This document shows positions 32,830-36,357 of a DNA stretch of 36,357 bases, piece after piece (within the stretch, counting starts at the first letter, position 1; the number at the start of each line of letters is the position of its first letter). The translations under genes and the position numbers were made by a program. The notes beneath the pieces were generated by a model. The model did no database searches. It was given only the letters and a program-made list of their open reading frames with translations, and was not told where the DNA came from. The stretch comes from a virus (taxonomy: Duplodnaviria > Caudoviricetes), in IMG/VR virus record IMGVR_UViG_3300030433_000071, positions 1-36,357 of that record; one strand, 5' to 3'.

Positions 32830-34913
32830 CTAGGTACTGCTTGCATCTGCTTAATACGCTCGACATCTACGGCGGTGCCGTACTTGCCAAGAATTTCTGC
32901 GGCGCTAACAAGTAGATCCTGATCCATCTTGTCGCGCTCTCTATCGTCATCCGCAGCGGCCTTCTGCGCCTCCAGCTGCAGCTTGAACTGATCCTTCTGA
33001 GCCTGCGCCTGCAGCTTCGCCATGTCAGTTTGAGCTTTAGCTTGCGCTTTCATCTGCTCTGCTTGGAGGAATGCTTGTGCCTGCGGATCTCCCTGTTGAC
33101 CTTGTTGTTGTGACGCCTGCTCCTGCTGCTGAATCAGCTGCTGCTCAGTCTCTGGGTTCATCGGGTTGAAGTAGCGGGTGCTATTGCGAATACCATTAAG
33201 GGCAAGCATATCTGCCAGCGTGTTGCGGACCTGAGTCAGCGTCACGATACCATTCTGAGGCCCGTACTGACCCAGTATCTGCTGTTGAACTTGGAACGCT
33301 TGCATTAGCGCCGCCAGCTTCTGCTCTTCCTGACCAGTACCCAGACCCACGTTCACGGTCACGTCCATGGTGACGTTCCAAGAGCGCGGATCTACCGGGA
33401 CATAGTCGGCACCAGCGATACGCATCATCTGCTGCTCTTCCACATTCTCGTGCATGACCTTCAGCATCAGCGTGAACATCTGGCGCATACCGCCTTCTGC
33501 AAGGTTGCGAGCCATGACCTCAATCTGACCGGCTTGCGCTTGTACAGTAGCCTGTACCGCAGCGGCTGTAGTGTTCTGCAGCGCGTCTGGTGACAAGCCG
33601 GTAGACGCCCGGGTAACGCCGGTCTTGTCTTCGATCTCCTGATCCATGTACTGCAACGCAGCCAATGTCTGCCCAGCCACAAATGGGATAGCCTGCGGAA
33701 CGATGGCGTTGGGTTGCTTAACGCGGATGACGCCGCCAATCTCATTGTTTAGCAGGTCATCAATGTTAACCGCCCCATCTAGGATCTCCATTCTGGGGTT
33801 GTTGGTTAGGGCTACGTTATCCAGAACGCCACGCAGCATAGCCGTAGATGCGTCCTGCTCATTGATGATCAGGTCGGCTACTGATCGACCGTAGAATGTG
33901 TGTGGCTCCGGGTCTACCTCAAACGCGGCAAATGGGATGTGGCTGCACGCCATGTAGTCCAATAGCTTGTGCTGCGCACCACCTAGTGTGATCTTCTGCA
34001 GCGTTGGGATTCCGCTACCGCTGACATCTACCTTCATGTAGACCTCAGTGACCGCTACCAGACGCATTGCGGGATCTTTGATGTCCTCGTCTGAGTAGTC
34101 CTCTTCGTAGCCACGGCGCTCAAACTCTTCTACCTCTGAGAAGGTGTCTGCGTGCTGCAGCCCGGTCAGGTCTTTAACATCCTCATAGTCGTAGCCCATG
34201 CCAATCAAGTCACCTATCCGCATCTCTGTGCGGTGGCAGACGGCGTATGCGTCATCTAGGCTTCTGGCGTTACGGTCTACAAAAAACTCCTCTGGCGGCA
34301 CCGACTCGATGCACATCTTCCCCACATCTTTATAACGCGCAATCTTGAGATCGTAGACTGTCGCCTCGGTGTCGAGGCCCATATCATCAACCTCTATGAC
34401 AGTGCGCGTCACCGACTCTAAAACCTCAACATCGTCATCCATCGTGATGACTCGGTACTCCATCTCGTTGAGGTTCTCAAAGTCGTATGTTTCTTGCTCT
34501 TGGTAGTTATCCCAATAGACCTTAACGATGCCGACCTTCTTGACCATAGCATCGTGGAATGCGTCATTTAGAACTCGGTAGCCGTTATGCTCATTGAAGA
34601 CGTAGTGCATATATTCGGTGGCCTGCTCTGCCGCTTGCACATCTTCTGGACCCCGGGGTACATACTCAACAGGCTTATCCGTAGACAAAAACACGCGCAT
34701 GAGAGACGGCTTAATGGCGCGGATGGTGTCACGCACCTTGGTGGCGACAACCTTCGACCGGCCCTCTTCCTCACCGATATCTACTTCACCGTCAAAGTAT
34801 CGCTGCGCCTTGATGCGGTCTTCCGCAATCTCAGACTCAACAAAATCTACGGAGTCGCTGACAGCTTCTCGGGCGATTGACTCAATCTCTCGCTCTGTCA
34901 TTGGTTTAAGCAT
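32826..34913 (-). CDS. Portal protein (P22/SU10-like with Gln-rich C-terminal barrel)
   Basis: 695 aa; RYFDGE...GRSKVV, VPPEEFFVD, P.PH.FYGRS, NVGLGTG; Gln-rich tail. Confidence 0.93.
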   Translation of the reverse strand: MLKPMTEREIESIAREAVSDSVDFVESEIAEDRIKAQRYFDGEVDIGEEEGRSKVVATKVRDTIRAIKPSLMRVFLSTDKPVEYVPRGPEDVQAAEQATEYMHYVFNEHNGYRVLNDAFHDAMVKKVGIVKVYWDNYQEQETYDFENLNEMEYRVITMDDDVEVLESVTRTVIEVDDMGLDTEATVYDLKIARYKDVGKMCIESVPPEEFFVDRNARSLDDAYAVCHRTEMRIGDLIGMGYDYEDVKDLTGLQHADTFSEVEEFERRGYEEDYSDEDIKDPAMRLVAVTEVYMKVDVSGSGIPTLQKITLGGAQHKLLDYMACSHIPFAAFEVDPEPHTFYGRSVADLIINEQDASTAMLRGVLDNVALTNNPRMEILDGAVNIDDLLNNEIGGVIRVKQPNAIVPQAIPFVAGQTLAALQYMDQEIEDKTGVTRASTGLSPDALQNTTAAAVQATVQAQAGQIEVMARNLAEGGMRQMFTLMLKVMHENVEEQQMMRIAGADYVPVDPRSWNVTMDVTVNVGLGTGQEEQKLAALMQAFQVQQQILGQYGPQNGIVTLTQVRNTLADMLALNGIRNSTRYFNPMNPETEQQLIQQQEQASQQQGQQGDPQAQAFLQAEQMKAQAKAQTDMAKLQAQAQKDQFKLQLEAQKAAADDDRERDKMDQDLLVSAAEILGKYGTAVDVERIKQMQAVPR

Positions 34914-36357
34914 TTAGCTGTCTCCATCCATAAAGGCACCGATTGACGTGGCACCCTCTGCGGTAATTGGCAGGCCAGCCCTTTGAGCTACCCCATTGAT
35001 AAAGGATGCCTTGGCGTCAGATAGCGACCCTTTATCCATAGCCTCTTTGATGTATCTCAGCGCGGCCTCCGCTTGTGTACCCCTCTGCTGCGTCAGACCT
35101 CTAGCGATGTCGGCAAGAATCCTTTGCCGCTGCGCCTCTGTCACCTCATTTGATGCACCAGTAATTATACTGACAACACGCTTGGTTGCGCTTAAAGGTT
35201 CGCCGCGAGCTATCGAACCAAGAAACCCGGGTTCCAGCATCTCATCAATCTGCTTGCCCACCTCTCTGCGCCGGGCTGTTGCGCTATTAGGCGCGACTGA
35301 CGCCAGCAGCTCTAGTGATGACCTGACCTCTTCCAGTTTTCTGCTAAGTTGCTTGTAAGCCGCTGGGGTAAGTATTGCCTGCAGCTTTCGGCGGCTGGCT
35401 ACAGTGCCAAGTTCCATCACAGCCTTTCTAGCAGCGGTAACACCCTCGTCACCGCCAGAGCTAATAAAGTTTCTTGCGTTGGTCATTAGCTCTTCAAGTT
35501 GGTTTCTAGCGCCAAGACGCATGGCGGCAAGCTGGTCAGCAGAAGCCTCTCGTGTCGCGTACAGCACTTCTTCAACAGTAGTTGACGGGCGGAATAAGGC
35601 AGACCCCATCTCTGCGGCTTGACGCTCAAGGATGCTGTCACCGCCAAGTTTCACGGCCTGATCATACTGAGGCACAGCCTTACCTAGTGCAGTGCGTAAC
35701 TGACCCGCAACCCTATCTAGAGATAGACCTACGCCCTTTGGCCTTTGTGTGATCGGGTCAAAGAACTCAGGTCCGTATGCGATGTTTTGCAATCCGCGCT
35801 TCAAGAAATCTAGCTGTATGACGTTAGGCTGCTCTTCAAATACCACTGACCCATCATCCGCTACGGTAGCCTTAATCTGGCGATCCGTAATCTCTTCAAG
35901 CTGCATCAAATCGTTGGCGTCTTTTATGGCCTTCTTTAGGTGCTGGCTTGGTATCCTGTTCACAAGACTTAGGATGGCCTCGCCTGCCGGTGACGTGTAA
36001 TCAATCGGGCTAGAGTAAGCGGCTTTGTACGCAGCGTTCCTTGCAGGCGCAGATCGACCCGTAATAGTCTCAATGATTGTTCTCTTGCCGGTAGGTGCGG
36101 CCCCCAGAACCTCATCCATCATCTGGCCTAACTGCACAGACATCTCTGATGCGCGACCTTCTACAGCCTCTCGACCTATGGACGCAGCCTCGCCAGTTGC
36201 TCCCAATGTCATCACGGCGTCCAGCAGGTTTTTGGTAGCTAGGCTTGAATCAGCAAGCATTCCAGACTCACCTGCCCTCCGAATCGCTGACAGCGCATCC
36301 TCAAGGGTGCCGCCATTCCTAATGGTATTGGCAATGATCATGCCTGCGCCGGGTGAC
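34914..36357 (-). CDS. 3' part of large internal virion/ejection protein (true start at 854 across the junction)
   Basis: The frame stays open to the window end and joins 1..854 through the terminal repeat; its stop abuts the portal ATG. Confidence 0.88.
   Translation of the reverse strand, partial: SPGAGMIIANTIRNGGTLEDALSAIRRAGESGMLADSSLATKNLLDAVMTLGATGEAASIGREAVEGRASEMSVQLGQMMDEVLGAAPTGKRTIIETITGRSAPARNAAYKAAYSSPIDYTSPAGEAILSLVNRIPSQHLKKAIKDANDLMQLEEITDRQIKATVADDGSVVFEEQPNVIQLDFLKRGLQNIAYGPEFFDPITQRPKGVGLSLDRVAGQLRTALGKAVPQYDQAVKLGGDSILERQAAEMGSALFRPSTTVEEVLYATREASADQLAAMRLGARNQLEELMTNARNFISSGGDEGVTAARKAVMELGTVASRRKLQAILTPAAYKQLSRKLEEVRSSLELLASVAPNSATARRREVGKQIDEMLEPGFLGSIARGEPLSATKRVVSIITGASNEVTEAQRQRILADIARGLTQQRGTQAEAALRYIKEAMDKGSLSDAKASFINGVAQRAGLPITAEGATSIGAFMDGDS
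36205..36357. repeat. Terminal direct repeat, right copy
   Basis: Matches 1-153 at 152 of 153 positions. Confidence 0.97.

Larger units (their letters stand above)
1..36357 (-). mobile_element. Complete podovirus-like dsDNA phage genome (~36.2 kb unit)
   Basis: Terminase, portal, scaffold, capsid, adaptor, nozzle, fibres, holin/endolysin and replication genes are all present. Ends overlap. No host housekeeping genes seen. Confidence 0.95.

Noticed and set aside
103-36000. Plus-strand ORFs in the track (e.g. 103..381, 8170..8508, 31008..31367, 34996..35358)
   Set aside because: They lie antisense to well-supported minus-strand genes, and I saw no recognisable motifs in them; they read as shadow frames.
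1-36357. Alternative genetic code or stop-codon reassignment
   Set aside because: Standard-code ORFs tile the minus strand densely, with full-length terminase, portal and capsid genes.

Overview
The window is an apparently complete, circularly closed tailed-phage genome. Bases 1-153 repeat at 36205-36357 with one mismatch, so the unit length is about 36,204 bp. Every credible gene lies on the minus strand. Read in transcription order (high to low coordinate), the modules are: portal, scaffold and major capsid protein; lipoprotein, holin and M15 endolysin; an early operon of small genes; annealing protein, SSB, HTH regulator, primase Zn-finger, lambda-O-type initiator and DnaB-like helicase; a nin-like region; a second small-gene operon; TerS/TerL; two paralogous polyvalent-type proteins; four tiny basic proteins; adaptor, fibres and nozzle; and P22-like ejection proteins, the last of which crosses the contig junction and abuts the portal gene. 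The architecture is podovirus-like (no tape measure or sheath). I saw no integrase, DNA polymerase, tRNA or CRISPR array. A Gram-negative, possibly marine gammaproteobacterial host is an inference only. The most unusual elements are: (1) a pair of proteins sharing a ~100-aa pre-toxin-like N-terminus with unrelated C-termini; (2) a nested, pseudoknot-capable RNA structure upstream of the terminase operon; (3) two unannotated tandem 50-aa SutA-like peptides; (4) paired early promoters with a shared operator, plus repeated stop-codon hairpins and RBS blocks that look like gene-cassette boundaries; (5) a cluster of protamine-like microproteins. Family assignments come from motif recognition, not database searches.
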